A stretch of DNA of 64,000 bases from Escherichia phage teqsoen: the sequence record MN895436.1; one strand, given 5' to 3'. Below the pieces are notes generated by a model. That model was not told where the DNA came from, did not search any database, and saw only the letters and a list, made by a program, of their open reading frames with translations. How positions within the stretch are numbered: the first letter of the stretch is position 1; every line of letters begins with the position of its first letter. Below are positions 32,501 to 42,725 of this stretch, in pieces. The translations under genes were made by a program, and so were the position numbers.

Positions 32501-33410
32501 TGAAGTTGGTGATGAAACATCTAATCACTTTTATTCTCAACGTAATAAAGCTGGGAATATAACGTTTAGTATCAATGGTACTGTGATGCCGATAAATGTT
32601 AATGCTTCGGGTTCTTTGAACGCGAACGGCGTTGCAACATTTGGTAGTTCAGTTACTGCTAATGGCGAATTCATCAGCAAGTCTGCAAATGCTTTTAGAG
32701 CAATTAGTGGTGATTACGGATTCTTTATTCGCAATGATGCTGCTACCACCTATTTTATGCTCACTGCATCAGGTGATCAGACTGGTGGATTTAATGGATT
32801 ACGTCCTTTAGCTATTAATAATGCATCTGGCCAAGTAACGATTGGTGAAAGCTTAATCATTGCCAAAGGTGCTACTATAAATTCAGGTGGTTTGACTGTT
32901 AACTCGAGAATTCGTTCTCAGGGTACTAAAACATCTGATTTATATACCCGTGCGCCAACATCTGATACTGTAGGATTCTGGTCAATCGATATTAACGATT
33001 CAGCCACTTATAACCAGTTCCCAGGTTATTTTAAAATGGTTGAAAAAACTAATGAAGTGACTGGACTTCCATACTTAGAACGTGGCGAAGAAGTTAAATC
33101 TCCTGGTACACTGACACAGTTTGGTAACACACTTGATTCGCTTTACCAAGATTGGATTACTTATCCAACGACACCAGAAGCGCGTACCACTCGCTGGACA
33201 CGTACATGGCAGAAAACCAAAAACTCTTGGTCAAGTTTTGTTCAGGTATTTGACGGAGGTAACCCTCCTCAACCATCTGATATCGGTGCTTTACCATCTG
33301 ATAATGCTACAATGGGGAATCTTACTATTCGTGATTTCTTACGAATTGGTAATGTTCGCATTATTCCTGACCCAGTGAATAAAACTGTTAAATTTGAATG
33401 GGTTGAATAA
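29541..33410 (+). CDS. 34: Long tail fibre proximal subunit gp34
   Basis: 1289 aa (T4 gp34 length); internal about 40-aa repeats; first gene of plus-strand late fibre module. Confidence 0.93.
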   Translation: MAEIKRKFRAEDGLDAGGDKIINVALADRTVGTDGVNVDYLIQENTVQQYDPTRGYLKDFVIIYDNRFWAAINDIPKPAGAFNSGRWRALRTDANWITVSSGSYQLKSGEAISVNTAAGNDITFTLPSTPIDGDTIVLQDIGGKPGVNQVLIVAPVQSIVNFRGQQVRSVLMTHPKSQLVLIFSNRLWQMYVADYSREAVVVTPANTYQAQSNDFIVRRFTSAAPINVKLPRFANHGDIINFVDLDKLNPLYHTIVTTYDETTSVQEVGTHSIEGRTSIDGFLMFDDNEKLWRLFDGDSKARLRIITTNSNIRPNEEVMVFGANNGTTQTIELQLPTDISVGDTVKISMNYMRKGQTVKIKAAGEDKIASSVQLLQFPKRSEYPPETKWVTVQELVFNGETNYVPVLQLAYIEDSDGKYWVVQQNVPTVERVDSLNDSTRARLGVIALATQAQANVDLENSPQKELAITPETLANRTATETRRGIARIATTAQVNQNTTFSFADDLIITPKKLNERTATETRRGVAEIATQQETNTGTDDTTIITPKKLQARQGSESLSGIVTFVSTTGATPASSRELNGTNVYNKNTNNLVVSPKALDQYKATPTQQGAVILAVESEVIAGQSQEGWANAVVTPETLHKKTSTDGRIGLIEIATQSEVNTGTDYTRAVTPKTLNDRRATESLSGIAEIATQVEFDAGVDDTRISTPLKIKTRFNSTDRTSVVALSGLVESGTLWDHYTLNILEANETQRGTLRVATQVEAVAGTLDNVLITPKKLLGTKSTESQEGVIKVATQAETVAGTSANTAVSPKNLKWIVQSEPTWAATTAVRGFVKTSSGSITFVGNDTVGSTQDLELYEKNSYAISPYELNRVLANYLPLKAKAADSNLLDGLDSSQFIRRDIAQTVNGSLTLTQQTNLSAPLVSSSTATFGGSVSANSTLTISNTGTATRLIFEKGPQTGTNPAQTMTIRVWGNQFGGGSDTTRSTVFEVGDETSNHFYSQRNKAGNITFSINGTVMPINVNASGSLNANGVATFGSSVTANGEFISKSANAFRAISGDYGFFIRNDAATTYFMLTASGDQTGGFNGLRPLAINNASGQVTIGESLIIAKGATINSGGLTVNSRIRSQGTKTSDLYTRAPTSDTVGFWSIDINDSATYNQFPGYFKMVEKTNEVTGLPYLERGEEVKSPGTLTQFGNTLDSLYQDWITYPTTPEARTTRWTRTWQKTKNSWSSFVQVFDGGNPPQPSDIGALPSDNATMGNLTIRDFLRIGNVRIIPDPVNKTVKFEWVE
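30950..31990 (+). repeat. Tandem degenerate protein-coding repeats within gene 34
   Basis: Recurring units of type ETRRG-A-IAT-Q-E-N-GTDDT-ITPKKL (at least six copies). Confidence 0.6.
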
Positions 33411-33418
33411 GAGGTATT

Positions 33419-34534
33419 ATGGAAAAATTTATGGCAGAGTTTGGACAAGGATATGTCCAAACGCCGTTTTTATCGGAAAGCAATTCAGTAAGATATAAAA
33501 TAAGCATAGCGGGTTCTTGCCCGCTTTCTACAGCAGGACCATACGTTAAATTTCAGGATAATCCTGTCGGAAGTCAAACATTTAGCGCAGGCCTTCATTT
33601 AAGAGTTTTTGACCCTTCTACAGGAGCATTAGTTGATAGTAAGTCATATGCTTTTTCGACTTCAAATGATACTACATCAGCTGCTTTTGCTAGCTTCATG
33701 AATTCTTTGACAAATAACAGAATTGTTGCTATATTAACTAGTGGAAAGGTTAATTTTCCTCCTGAAGTAGTATCTTGGTTAAGAACAGCAGGAACGTCTG
33801 CCTTTCCATCTGACTCTATATTGTCAAGATTCGACGTATCATATGCTGCTTTTTATACTTCTTCTAAAAGAGCTATTGCATTAGAGCATGTTAAATTAAG
33901 TAATAGAAAAAGCACAGATGATTATCAAACTATTTTAGATGTTGTATTTGACAGTTTAGAAGACGTCGGAGCTACCGGGTTTCCAAGAAGAACGTATGAA
34001 AGCGTTGAGCAATTTATGTCAGCTGTTGGTGGAACTAATAACGAAATTGCGCGTTTACCGACTTCATCCGCGATAAGTAAACTATCTGACTACAATTTAA
34101 TTCCTGGCGATGTTCTTTATCTTAAAGCACAACTATATGCTGATGCTGATTTACTCGCTCTTGGAACTACAAATATATCCATTCGTTTTTATAATTCATC
34201 AAACGGATATATTTCTTCAACACAGGCTGAGTTTACTGGACAGGCTGGGTCTTGGGAATTAAAGGAAGATTATGTAGTTGTTCCAGAAAACGCTGTAGGA
34301 TTTACGATATATGCACAAAGAACTGCACAAGCTGGCCAAGGTGGCATGAGAAATTTAAGCTTTTCTGAAGTATCAAGAAATGGCGGCATTTCAAAACCCG
34401 CTGAATTTGGCGTCAATGGTATTCGTGTTAATTATGTCTGTGAATCCGCTTCACCTCCGGATATAATGGTACTTCCTACACAAGCATCGTCTAAAAATGG
34501 TAAAGTGTTTGGGCAAGAATTTAGAGAAGTTTAA
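33419..34534 (+). CDS. 35: Tail fibre hinge protein gp35
   Basis: 371 aa following gene 34 with 8-nt gap. Confidence 0.88.
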   Translation: MEKFMAEFGQGYVQTPFLSESNSVRYKISIAGSCPLSTAGPYVKFQDNPVGSQTFSAGLHLRVFDPSTGALVDSKSYAFSTSNDTTSAAFASFMNSLTNNRIVAILTSGKVNFPPEVVSWLRTAGTSAFPSDSILSRFDVSYAAFYTSSKRAIALEHVKLSNRKSTDDYQTILDVVFDSLEDVGATGFPRRTYESVEQFMSAVGGTNNEIARLPTSSAISKLSDYNLIPGDVLYLKAQLYADADLLALGTTNISIRFYNSSNGYISSTQAEFTGQAGSWELKEDYVVVPENAVGFTIYAQRTAQAGQGGMRNLSFSEVSRNGGISKPAEFGVNGIRVNYVCESASPPDIMVLPTQASSKNGKVFGQEFREV

Positions 34535-34539
34535 ATTGA

Positions 34540-34566
34540 GGGAGCCTCCGGGCTCCCTTTTTCTTT
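34540..34566 (+). terminator. Intrinsic terminator-like hairpin after gene 35
   Basis: gagggagcc-tccg-ggctccc followed by TTTTTCTTT. Confidence 0.6.
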
Positions 34567-34573
34567 ATAAATA
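34566..34573 (+). promoter_or_regulatory. Late promoter TATAAATA for genes 36-38
   Basis: TATAAATA 24 bp upstream of gene 36 ATG. Confidence 0.6.
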
Positions 34574-34596
34574 TTACTAAAATAAAGGGGCATACA

Positions 34597-35256
34597 ATGG
34601 CTGATTTAAAAGTAGGTTCAACAACTGGAGGCTCTGTCATTTGGCATCAAGGAAATTTTCCATTGAATCCAGCCGGTGACGATGTACTCTATAAATCATT
34701 TAAAATATATTCAGAATACAATAAACCGCAAGCGGCTGATAACGATTTCGTTTCTAAAGCTAATGGTGGTACTTATTTAAATAAGGTAATTTTTAATAAA
34801 GGGATGACTGTCCCTGGCGCAGGATCAGGTGACAATGGTATTTTTGCTGGTCCTGGTGATAATGCCACGTATGATACTACAAATATGGATATTGTTTCGT
34901 GGTACGGTATTGGTTTTAAATCATCACAAGGTTCAGCAGCCCGAACTGTTGTAATTAATACACGTAATGGTGATATTAGCACAAAAGGTGTTGTATCAGC
35001 ATCAGGTCAAGTAAGAAGTGATGCGGCTGCTCCTATAGCAGTGAATGACCTTACTAGAAAGGACTATGTTGATGGAGCAATAAATACTGTTACAGCAAAT
35101 GCGGATTCTAGAGTTTTACGCAAAGGTGATACCATGACAGGTAATTTAACAGCGCCAAACTTTTTCTCACAGAATCCTGCGTCTCAACCTTCTCACGTTC
35201 CGCGATTTGATCAAATCGTAATTAAGGATTCTGTTCAAGATTTCGGCTATTATTAA
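34597..35256 (+). CDS. 36: Tail fibre protein gp36
   Basis: 219 aa, between 35 and 37. Confidence 0.88.
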   Translation: MADLKVGSTTGGSVIWHQGNFPLNPAGDDVLYKSFKIYSEYNKPQAADNDFVSKANGGTYLNKVIFNKGMTVPGAGSGDNGIFAGPGDNATYDTTNMDIVSWYGIGFKSSQGSAARTVVINTRNGDISTKGVVSASGQVRSDAAAPIAVNDLTRKDYVDGAINTVTANADSRVLRKGDTMTGNLTAPNFFSQNPASQPSHVPRFDQIVIKDSVQDFGYY

Positions 35257-35264
35257 GAGGACTT

Positions 35265-38200
35265 ATGGCTACTTTAAAACAAATACAATTTAAAAGAAGC
35301 AAAACTGCAGGTCAACGTCCTGCTGCTTCAGTATTAGCCGAAGGTGAATTGGCTATAAACTTAAAAGACCGTACTCTTTTTACTAAAGATGACTCGGGAA
35401 ATATTATTGATTTAAGCATTTCTGCCGGCGGTAACATTAGTGGAAATATCACTCAAAACGGCGATTATTTACAAAACGGCACGTATAATCTTAACGGAAA
35501 TCAGTTTGTTTACGCAGGAAAGTATATTGAATTCTTGCCAAAAACTGCTGGAAATGGTGCGTGGGCAAATCAACACCTAAATAAAGCTCCTATCTTTACA
35601 GATTTGAGTTCAACTACTTCAACTTCTGAATATCATCCGCTAATTAAGCAGCGTTATAAAGATGGCACGTTTTCTGTTGGTACGTTAGTAAACGAAGGAA
35701 GTTTTAAAATTCATTATATTAATGAATCGGGAACTTCAAAATATTGGACATTTCGTAGAGATGGTGGATTTGTTGTTGATACAGGAAGTTTGACAGTAAC
35801 AGATGGAAATATTTCTGCCTCTGGTAATATTAATTCAGCTACTGGGGTAGTTTCTGCTCCGCAGATTAATACAAAGACTATAGCTTTTGATACAAAAGCC
35901 TTCGGACAATATGATTCGCAGTCATTAGTTCAATATGTTTATCCTGGAACAGGTGAAACAAACGGAATCAATTACCTTCGCAAATTCCGTGCTAAATCTG
36001 GTGGTACAATTTATCATGAATTAGCTTCTGCGCAAACCGGAAAAAGTGATGAACTTTCTTGGTGGACTGGTAATACAGCGGTTAATAAACAAATGGGCCT
36101 TCGCAATGATGGGTCTTTAGTACTACGACGTTCACTTGCAATTGGTACAATTACAACAGATGAAAACATCAATAACTACGGTTCCACTGGAGCAATGGGA
36201 GAATGTTATATAGTTATCGGTGATGCATCAACGGGTTTATCATACAAAAAAACTGGGGTATATGACTTAGTTGCTAGTGGTCTTTCTGTAGCATCTATTA
36301 CTCCTGATAGTTTCCGTAGTACGCGCAAAGCGATTTTTGGACGCTCGGAAGACCAAGGTGGTACGTGGATTCTTCCTGGTCAAAACACAGCTCTTCTTTC
36401 AGTTCATACTGAAGTTGACCAAAACAATAATGGAGATGGTCAAACTCATATTGGATATAATAGTAACAGCAAGTTTTATCATTATTTTAGAGGCAGAGGC
36501 CGAATGGCTGTTGGAATGGCTGAAGGTCTTATTGTTGAGCCTGGAATTTTAGATATTAAAACTGGTTCAAATACTGTTTCTATTAGAGCTGATGGCGGAA
36601 TTTCATCTACTCAGCGTCTTTCATTGCAGAATGGTATATTTTTATCTTCTGATGGAAATAACAACGGTATATCGTTTAAAGCTTCTAGCAGTATAGATGG
36701 AACTAAAACTCTTAATTGGGATGCTGGTACTCGTGCAGGTCAAAACAAAAATACAGTAATTTTAAAAGCATGGGGAAATTCATTTAATACAAGTGGTGGA
36801 ACTGATAGACATACTGTATTTGAAGTTTCTGATTCGCAAGGATACTACTTTTATGCTCAACGTACTACCCCTGCATCAGGTCAAACAGTAGGTCCTATTA
36901 ATTTTAAATTTAATGGTACTGTAGAAACCGGTCATATCAATGGATTAGGTAATATTACTTTATCTGGGGCAGTTATAGCAGATTCTGCTAATATTAAAGG
37001 ACCACTAAAAATATCTAATGCTAATACAGCTGATGCTTTTAGAATATGGAACGCTGAATATGGAGCCATTTTCCGTCGTTCAGAAACATCATTGCATATT
37101 ATTCCTACACTTAAAGATGCAGGGGAAAATGGTGGAATAAGTAATCTTCGCCCATTAAGTATTGATCTTTCAAACGGATTTGTGCAAATGCATCATTCTC
37201 TTTCTGTGGGGAATACAGTAAGAACGAATGGATTGTTTGCTGTGGATACTTCAGCTGCTCTTGTTGCAATTAACAGCCACTCTCGTGTTAATGCTAATTT
37301 CAGAATGCAATTAGGACAATCATCTTATATTGATGCTGAATGTACTGACGCTGTGCGCCCTGCTGGAGCCGGTTCTTTTGCTTCGCAAAATAACGAAAAC
37401 GTCCGTGCCCCATTCTATATGAATATAGATAGAACTGATACAAGCACTTATGTTCCTATTGTGAAACAAAGATACGTGCAAAATAATAGTTGCTATTCTA
37501 TTGGTACTTTAATTAATGGTGGTAACTTTAGAGTTCATTATCATGAAGGTGGCGATGGCGGTTCTACAGGCGCAATTATAAAAGATTTAGGATGGGAATT
37601 TAATAAAAACGGTGATTTTTATTCTCCTGGTAAATTAGGCGCTGGAAATATTAGAATAGGTACTGATGGTAATATCACGGGTGGTTCTGGTAACTTTGCT
37701 AACTTGAATACAACTTTAAACCATAAAGTTAATTCTGGTTTTATTACTTATGGAGCAACTGCAGGTTGGTACAAGTTTGCAACAGTAACAATGCCTCAAT
37801 CTACATCAACGGTTTCAATTACAGTTACTGGTGGAAATGGATTTAATTCTGGTTCATTTAATCAATGCGCAATTTCTGAAATTGTTCTTCGTACGGGAAA
37901 TAATAATCCTAAGGGATTAAATGCCGTTTTATACAGAAGAGGATTAAATTCATTTAGAGATATTGCTTGGGTTAATACATCTGGCGATACATATGACATT
38001 TATGTCAATATGGGAACATATGCTAATCAGTTAATATTCAATTACAGTTCTGTTGATAATGCAACAGTTCAAATAATTGGCGCATTTAGCTCAGCTCAAA
38101 GTCCTGTTGATACATTACCGGAAACAAATGTTAAAGGACAGGTAGCAGATGTATTGACTAACTTAGTTGATTCTGGAAAAACGAAGCGTTTTGTTGCTGA

Positions 38201-39128
38201 ATCTGAAATAGCTATTAATAATCAAACTGGATTACGTATTACGAGTAACGGTGATAAATCTGGTTCAAATTCAGTATTATTCAGAAATGATGGATCAGCG
38301 TTTTATATTCTTTTAACAGATAAAAACGCAGCAGATGGAAATACGACTGCTACAGAAGGAGATTGGAATGGTAAACGTCCTTTCCAAATTAATATGACTT
38401 CTGGTGAAGTAACATTCGGAAATAATATTAATATTTCTGGAAACGGAAGCATTACTTGGACAAAAGCCGGAGCAAACCCTAGAAATATGAGAATATTTCA
38501 TGCAGGTGATGCTTCTCGTGGTAACCGTATTGAAATCGCAGATGATACTAATTATATTGCTTACTTTGAAAAAACTCCAGGTGGAGCTAACCGCTTTGTA
38601 GTAAATAATGCTATTGTAGCTGGTGTTAATCAAATGAATTCATTTGGTATTAACATCAATAACGCGCTTGGTGGAAATAGTATAGCATTTGGTGATAATG
38701 ACACAGGTATTAAGCAAAACGGCGATGGATTATTAGACATTTATGCGAATGGTGTGCAAACGTTCCGTTTCCAAAACGGTGATTTGTACTCATATAAAAA
38801 TATAAATGCCCCAAACGTTTATATTCGTTCTGATATTCGCTTAAAATCTAATTTCAAACCTATCGAAAATGCACTTGATAAAGTTGAAAAACTCAATGGT
38901 GTCATTTATGATAAAGCTGAATACATCGGTGGAGAGGCAATTGAAACTGAAGCGGGTATTGTAGCTCAAACGTTACAAGACGTTTTACCAGAAGCCGTCC
39001 GTGAAACAGAAGACAGCAAGGGTAATAAAATACTCACTGTTTCTTCTCAAGCCCAGATTGCTCTTCTGGTTGAAGCTGTGAAAACGCTTTCTTCTCGTGT
39101 AAAAGAACTTGAATCTAAACTTATGTAA
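35265..39128 (+). CDS. 37: Long tail fibre distal subunit gp37 (T2-type, with C-terminal intramolecular chaperone domain)
   Basis: 1287 aa; C-terminal [29 protein letters not shown] resembling the self-cleaving chaperone domain; segment homologous to gp34. Confidence 0.9.
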   Translation: MATLKQIQFKRSKTAGQRPAASVLAEGELAINLKDRTLFTKDDSGNIIDLSISAGGNISGNITQNGDYLQNGTYNLNGNQFVYAGKYIEFLPKTAGNGAWANQHLNKAPIFTDLSSTTSTSEYHPLIKQRYKDGTFSVGTLVNEGSFKIHYINESGTSKYWTFRRDGGFVVDTGSLTVTDGNISASGNINSATGVVSAPQINTKTIAFDTKAFGQYDSQSLVQYVYPGTGETNGINYLRKFRAKSGGTIYHELASAQTGKSDELSWWTGNTAVNKQMGLRNDGSLVLRRSLAIGTITTDENINNYGSTGAMGECYIVIGDASTGLSYKKTGVYDLVASGLSVASITPDSFRSTRKAIFGRSEDQGGTWILPGQNTALLSVHTEVDQNNNGDGQTHIGYNSNSKFYHYFRGRGRMAVGMAEGLIVEPGILDIKTGSNTVSIRADGGISSTQRLSLQNGIFLSSDGNNNGISFKASSSIDGTKTLNWDAGTRAGQNKNTVILKAWGNSFNTSGGTDRHTVFEVSDSQGYYFYAQRTTPASGQTVGPINFKFNGTVETGHINGLGNITLSGAVIADSANIKGPLKISNANTADAFRIWNAEYGAIFRRSETSLHIIPTLKDAGENGGISNLRPLSIDLSNGFVQMHHSLSVGNTVRTNGLFAVDTSAALVAINSHSRVNANFRMQLGQSSYIDAECTDAVRPAGAGSFASQNNENVRAPFYMNIDRTDTSTYVPIVKQRYVQNNSCYSIGTLINGGNFRVHYHEGGDGGSTGAIIKDLGWEFNKNGDFYSPGKLGAGNIRIGTDGNITGGSGNFANLNTTLNHKVNSGFITYGATAGWYKFATVTMPQSTSTVSITVTGGNGFNSGSFNQCAISEIVLRTGNNNPKGLNAVLYRRGLNSFRDIAWVNTSGDTYDIYVNMGTYANQLIFNYSSVDNATVQIIGAFSSAQSPVDTLPETNVKGQVADVLTNLVDSGKTKRFVAESEIAINNQTGLRITSNGDKSGSNSVLFRNDGSAFYILLTDKNAADGNTTATEGDWNGKRPFQINMTSGEVTFGNNINISGNGSITWTKAGANPRNMRIFHAGDASRGNRIEIADDTNYIAYFEKTPGGANRFVVNNAIVAGVNQMNSFGININNALGGNSIAFGDNDTGIKQNGDGLLDIYANGVQTFRFQNGDLYSYKNINAPNVYIRSDIRLKSNFKPIENALDKVEKLNGVIYDKAEYIGGEAIETEAGIVAQTLQDVLPEAVRETEDSKGNKILTVSSQAQIALLVEAVKTLSSRVKELESKLM

Positions 39129-39129
39129 A

Positions 39130-39147
39130 AGAGGGCTTCGGCCCTCT
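39130..39147 (+). other. UUCG-tetraloop hairpin after gene 37
   Basis: agagggc-ttcg-gccctct immediately after stop; no strong U-tract. Confidence 0.45.
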
Positions 39148-39158
39148 AAGGATTTTTA

Positions 39159-39944
39159 ATGGCAATTGTAGGTGTTCCTGGCTGGATTGGTGAATCTGCC
39201 GTGAATGAAACTGGACAACGTTGGATGGATGCTGCAATGAGAGCAGTCCGTGTTTCAGTTCCCGGTTGGATGAGCTCAATGGCCGGACAATCTAAAGAAG
39301 TATATTATAGCATTGGTGCTAGTAATTCTTATAATAAAGATACATTAATAAACTGGATAAAAGCCCAAGGCAGTACTCCTGTTGTTATTACTATTACAGG
39401 AAATATTGTTTCTCAATCTACTGGTGTTCCATGCTTAGATTTTCCTAGCTCATTAACTAATGCATACGTGACACTTAATATCAATTCAGGAGTGCATGTT
39501 TGGGGCCGTGGCGGGAATGGCGGAAATAACTCTGCCGGTGGAGCAGGAGGAACTGCAATAAATAATGGAATTGGAACTAGATTGCGTATTAACAACAATG
39601 GTGTTATCGCAGGAGGCGGTGGCGGCGGTGGAGGCGGATATTATTCTCCTTTTTCACAAATGAAATTGACTTTTGGCGGTGGCGGCGGTCGTCCATTTGG
39701 TGCTGCTGGCGGGTCTGCTAATATGGAACAGGGCGCTACTGCTGGTACTATTTCTGCACCTGGTAAAGGGTCTGTCAATGGTATCTATAATGGCGGGAAT
39801 GGCGGTGATGCTGGTGCCGCAGGTGGTAAATGTAATATTCGTGGGCAAGGATCAGAATATAACGGCGGCGCGGCCGGTAAAGCTGTTACTGGTAATGCTC
39901 CAACTTGGACTAAGGTTGGTACAATATATGGTTCAAGAGTATAA
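39159..39944 (+). CDS. 38: Tail fibre tip adhesin gp38 (T2-type, glycine-rich)
   Basis: 261 aa with polyglycine tracts (GGGGGGGGGYY, GGGGGR) separating variable segments. Confidence 0.85.
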   Translation: MAIVGVPGWIGESAVNETGQRWMDAAMRAVRVSVPGWMSSMAGQSKEVYYSIGASNSYNKDTLINWIKAQGSTPVVITITGNIVSQSTGVPCLDFPSSLTNAYVTLNINSGVHVWGRGGNGGNNSAGGAGGTAINNGIGTRLRINNNGVIAGGGGGGGGGYYSPFSQMKLTFGGGGGRPFGAAGGSANMEQGATAGTISAPGKGSVNGIYNGGNGGDAGAAGGKCNIRGQGSEYNGGAAGKAVTGNAPTWTKVGTIYGSRV

Positions 39945-39976
39945 TTTTTGAATAAATATCCTTAAAAGGAGGGTCT

Positions 39977-40633
39977 ATGGCAGCACCTAGAATATCATTT
40001 TCGCCCTCTGATATTCTATTTGGTGTTCTAGATCGCTTGTTCAAAGATAACGCTACCGGGAAAGTTCTTGCTTCCCGGGTAGCTGTCGTAATTCTTTTAT
40101 TTATGATGGCGATTGTTTGGTATAGGGGAGATAGTTTCTTTGAGTACTATAAGCAATCAAAGTATGAAACATACAGTGAAATTATTGAAAAGGAAAGAAA
40201 TGCACGCTTTGAATCTGTCGCCCTGGAACAACTCCAGATAGTTCATATATCATCTGAGGCAGACTTTAGTGCGGTGTATTCTTTCCGCCCTAAAAACTTA
40301 AACTATTTTGTTGATATTATAGCATACGAAGGAAGATTACCTTCAACAATAACTGAAAAATCACTTGGAGGATATCCTGTTGATAAAACTATGGATGAAT
40401 ATATAGTTCATTTAAATGGACGTCATTATTATTCTGACTCAAAATTTGCTTTTTTACCAACTAAAAAGCCTACTCCCGAAATAAACTACATGTACAGTTG
40501 TCCATATTTTAATTTGGATAATATCTATGCTGGAACGATAACCATGTACTGGTATAGAAATGATCATATAAGTAATGACCGCCTTGAATCAATATGCGCT
40601 CAGGCGGCCAGAATATTAGGAAGGGCTAAATAA
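39977..40633 (+). CDS. t: Holin T
   Basis: 218 aa; N-terminal transmembrane segment VAVVILLFMMAIVWY; follows gene 38 as in T4. Confidence 0.88.
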   Translation: MAAPRISFSPSDILFGVLDRLFKDNATGKVLASRVAVVILLFMMAIVWYRGDSFFEYYKQSKYETYSEIIEKERNARFESVALEQLQIVHISSEADFSAVYSFRPKNLNYFVDIIAYEGRLPSTITEKSLGGYPVDKTMDEYIVHLNGRHYYSDSKFAFLPTKKPTPEINYMYSCPYFNLDNIYAGTITMYWYRNDHISNDRLESICAQAARILGRAK

Positions 40634-40906
40634 TTATTTGTTCGTATACATCTCTAGATATCGATATACACCCTCAAAACCCTCGTTGAATTCGTCGATG
40701 AGGGTTTTCTTATCTTCTTGAGTTAATTCAGAAACAATTTTACGGAATGAATTCTGATTTAATTTTCTACCTTCATGCGTTACTCCAATCTCATTCAGAA
40801 ATGCAATAAAATTAGCACGATTCTCAACAATATCTTCTCTGGAAAATTTAATCAAAATAGACGCAACAGTAATAATTTCACGAACTGTATCAATGTTTTT
40901 ATTCAT
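40634..40906 (-). CDS. asiA: Anti-sigma70 factor AsiA
   Basis: 90 aa, MNKNIDTVREIITVASILIKFSREDIVENRANFIAFLNEIG. Confidence 0.92.
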   Translation of the reverse strand: MNKNIDTVREIITVASILIKFSREDIVENRANFIAFLNEIGVTHEGRKLNQNSFRKIVSELTQEDKKTLIDEFNEGFEGVYRYLEMYTNK

Positions 40907-40937
40907 TAACTATACCACTCAATTAGTTGACTTTGTT

Positions 40938-40966
40938 ATAATATCATCAGACGCTTGATTTGTAAA
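40938..40966 (-). promoter_or_regulatory. Early promoter for asiA (-35 TTTACA, -10 TATTAT)
   Basis: Minus-strand TTTACA, 17 bp, TATTAT about 30 bp upstream of asiA. Confidence 0.5.
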
Positions 40967-41067
40967 CTGGTCTGTGTTATTTTCTTCAAAAATTTTTTCT
41001 ACGAATTCCTTGAACGACTTACGTTCCTGAGCTACATTATGCTCGATTACTTTTTCAAGATTATGAC

Positions 41068-41346
41068 TCATTCGAAATAATCTTCAATTTCATAATCATG
41101 GACGTAAATCATTATAGTTTTTAATACATCATCAATACTTTTTCCTGGAGCTGGAATTACGTAGAAATATCCTGCTTTTGAGAGGTCTTTATAAGTTCCA
41201 ATCAAGAAATCATTATTCTCAAGATGTAGTTCTTCAACTAATTCATTAACAATTGAATGGTATAGGTTTGGTAGAAACTTATATAGCTTTTCTAGAATAT
41301 CAATTTTGATTGTGTATTGAACCACGGATTGAGAATCAATAATCAT
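41068..41346 (-). CDS. arn: Arn (anti-restriction; McrBC inhibitor)
   Basis: 92-aa acidic protein adjacent to asiA as in T4. Confidence 0.75.
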   Translation of the reverse strand: MIIDSQSVVQYTIKIDILEKLYKFLPNLYHSIVNELVEELHLENNDFLIGTYKDLSKAGYFYVIPAPGKSIDDVLKTIMIYVHDYEIEDYFE

Positions 41347-41429
41347 AGACCTTCCCCTTATGTTTCTGTTTGCGATTAGATTCTTTAAACGCTTTCTTCT
41401 TATCCTTATGAACAGAAGCTTTATTAAAA

Positions 41430-41648
41430 TTATGTTTTGCGACTAAATTGTTCATAGTGCTGAATTACCTCTCTTAAACATTTGCATGTGAATGAAAACT
41501 TTTTAGCTACACCACATTCAAATATATGTTCTCTTAAATCACGTGTATCGGTATATCCCATCTCAACGATAAAATGCCGTATTAGATTTTTATCTTTATC
41601 ATTGAGAGAATTAAAATAATCGGATTTTGAATTAATTTCCCTGGCCAA
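41430..41648 (-). CDS. Hypothetical protein (72 aa; several Cys)
   Basis: ORF in arn-motA interval. Confidence 0.45.
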   Translation of the reverse strand: MAREINSKSDYFNSLNDKDKNLIRHFIVEMGYTDTRDLREHIFECGVAKKFSFTCKCLREVIQHYEQFSRKT

Positions 41649-41928
41649 ATTGAATCACCTTCAGTTGACGTTTTAATTCTTTTATCATCTCTTCGTTCAT
41701 CGCAATATAAAGATCGCGTAAAGCAGGTTTTAGCATGTCATTTATTATAGAACTAAATGGACATACATAATCTTTTCCTACGAGCTTTTTGGTGAATTCC
41801 ATATCACAGAACTTAAATCCCGGCTCATTGGTATAAATTCCCCAATTAGTTGACATCATTTTATTGGCATATTCCAGTGCCTGGATTTGATTCATAATTC
41901 CATCAATTTGAAACTTTTTAATATTCAT
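41632..41928 (-). CDS. Hypothetical protein (98 aa)
   Basis: ORF in arn-motA interval. Confidence 0.45.
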   Translation of the reverse strand: MNIKKFQIDGIMNQIQALEYANKMMSTNWGIYTNEPGFKFCDMEFTKKLVGKDYVCPFSSIINDMLKPALRDLYIAMNEEMIKELKRQLKVIQFGQGN

Positions 41929-42389
41929 TAGTAAAGGTCCTCAGAGTAAAGTTCTTTTTCACTACCACCACGTTCAATACGTACTTGTCCAGCGTAAGTT
42001 GCAATAATCATTGCTTCTTCACGTGTCCAATAATTACTATATTGGTCAATAAACCCTTGGTCATCATCACAAACTTGCTGAGTAACTAATTGAGGTTTAA
42101 CTACATCTAAAACTTCTGCCATATCTTTAGAATAATGACGAGCACCTGGAATAACAAGAGTTCGTCCATCTTTTAATTTAAAACGGTTGGCTGCACAGAC
42201 AATTCGTCGTTGATACTTTTGGTTTTCATCCCAGTACGCAGTCTGCCAACAGATTTCAGGAACTTCTTTCAGAATATCTTCTTCTGTGCATTTATAACCA
42301 TGTGCTTTAAATTTTTCAACAAGACTTTCTGGAGTTTCACGAGATAAAGGCACATTCAGCATTTTTAAACGATTAATAAATGGGTTCAT
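41928..42389 (-). CDS. Hypothetical protein (153 aa)
   Basis: ORF with 1-nt and 4-nt overlaps to neighbours. Confidence 0.5.
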   Translation of the reverse strand: MNPFINRLKMLNVPLSRETPESLVEKFKAHGYKCTEEDILKEVPEICWQTAYWDENQKYQRRIVCAANRFKLKDGRTLVIPGARHYSKDMAEVLDVVKPQLVTQQVCDDDQGFIDQYSNYWTREEAMIIATYAGQVRIERGGSEKELYSEDLY

Positions 42390-42715
42390 TTAAACCATCC
42401 TTTAATACGCTGCCACAAAGTTTTCTGTTGAGCTTTGTTAACACCAATTGAGCGAATAACTGGTTGAGATTCCTGGAATTCTTTATAATCAGCAAGGTAA
42501 ATTTCGTAAGCTGCATCCGTAAATGAACTTATCGCCGCCATAAAATTATTGCGAATACCTACTGGAGCATCTTTACTTTCACGAATAATCATGTATTTAC
42601 CAGTCTTAATCTTTACGATAGTTCCAAGATAAGCTCCATGGTACCAGATGTCCCACCCCTCTTGAGTGGGTTCTGCACAACGACGAAGTTCATTAACAAT
42701 TTCTAACTTGTTCAT
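42386..42715 (-). CDS. Hypothetical protein (109 aa)
   Basis: ORF immediately upstream of motA. Confidence 0.5.
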   Translation of the reverse strand: MNKLEIVNELRRCAEPTQEGWDIWYHGAYLGTIVKIKTGKYMIIRESKDAPVGIRNNFMAAISSFTDAAYEIYLADYKEFQESQPVIRSIGVNKAQQKTLWQRIKGWFK

Positions 42716-42725
42716 TATTTATTCC

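Noticed and set aside
39590-39720. Polyglycine-coding GGTGGCGGC repeats as a possible DNA tandem repeat or mobile element
   Set aside because: Lie in frame within gene 38 and encode the glycine linkers of the adhesin; part of the CDS.
39951-39976. Late promoter for holin gene t
   Set aside because: Upstream sequence tgaataaatat does not match the TATAAATA consensus; gene t is probably co-transcribed or uses a non-canonical promoter.
40919-41071. 50-aa ORF between arn and asiA with ATGA overlap to the arn stop
   Set aside because: Contains the asiA early promoter within it and has no SD; possibly real but too weakly supported to list as a gene.
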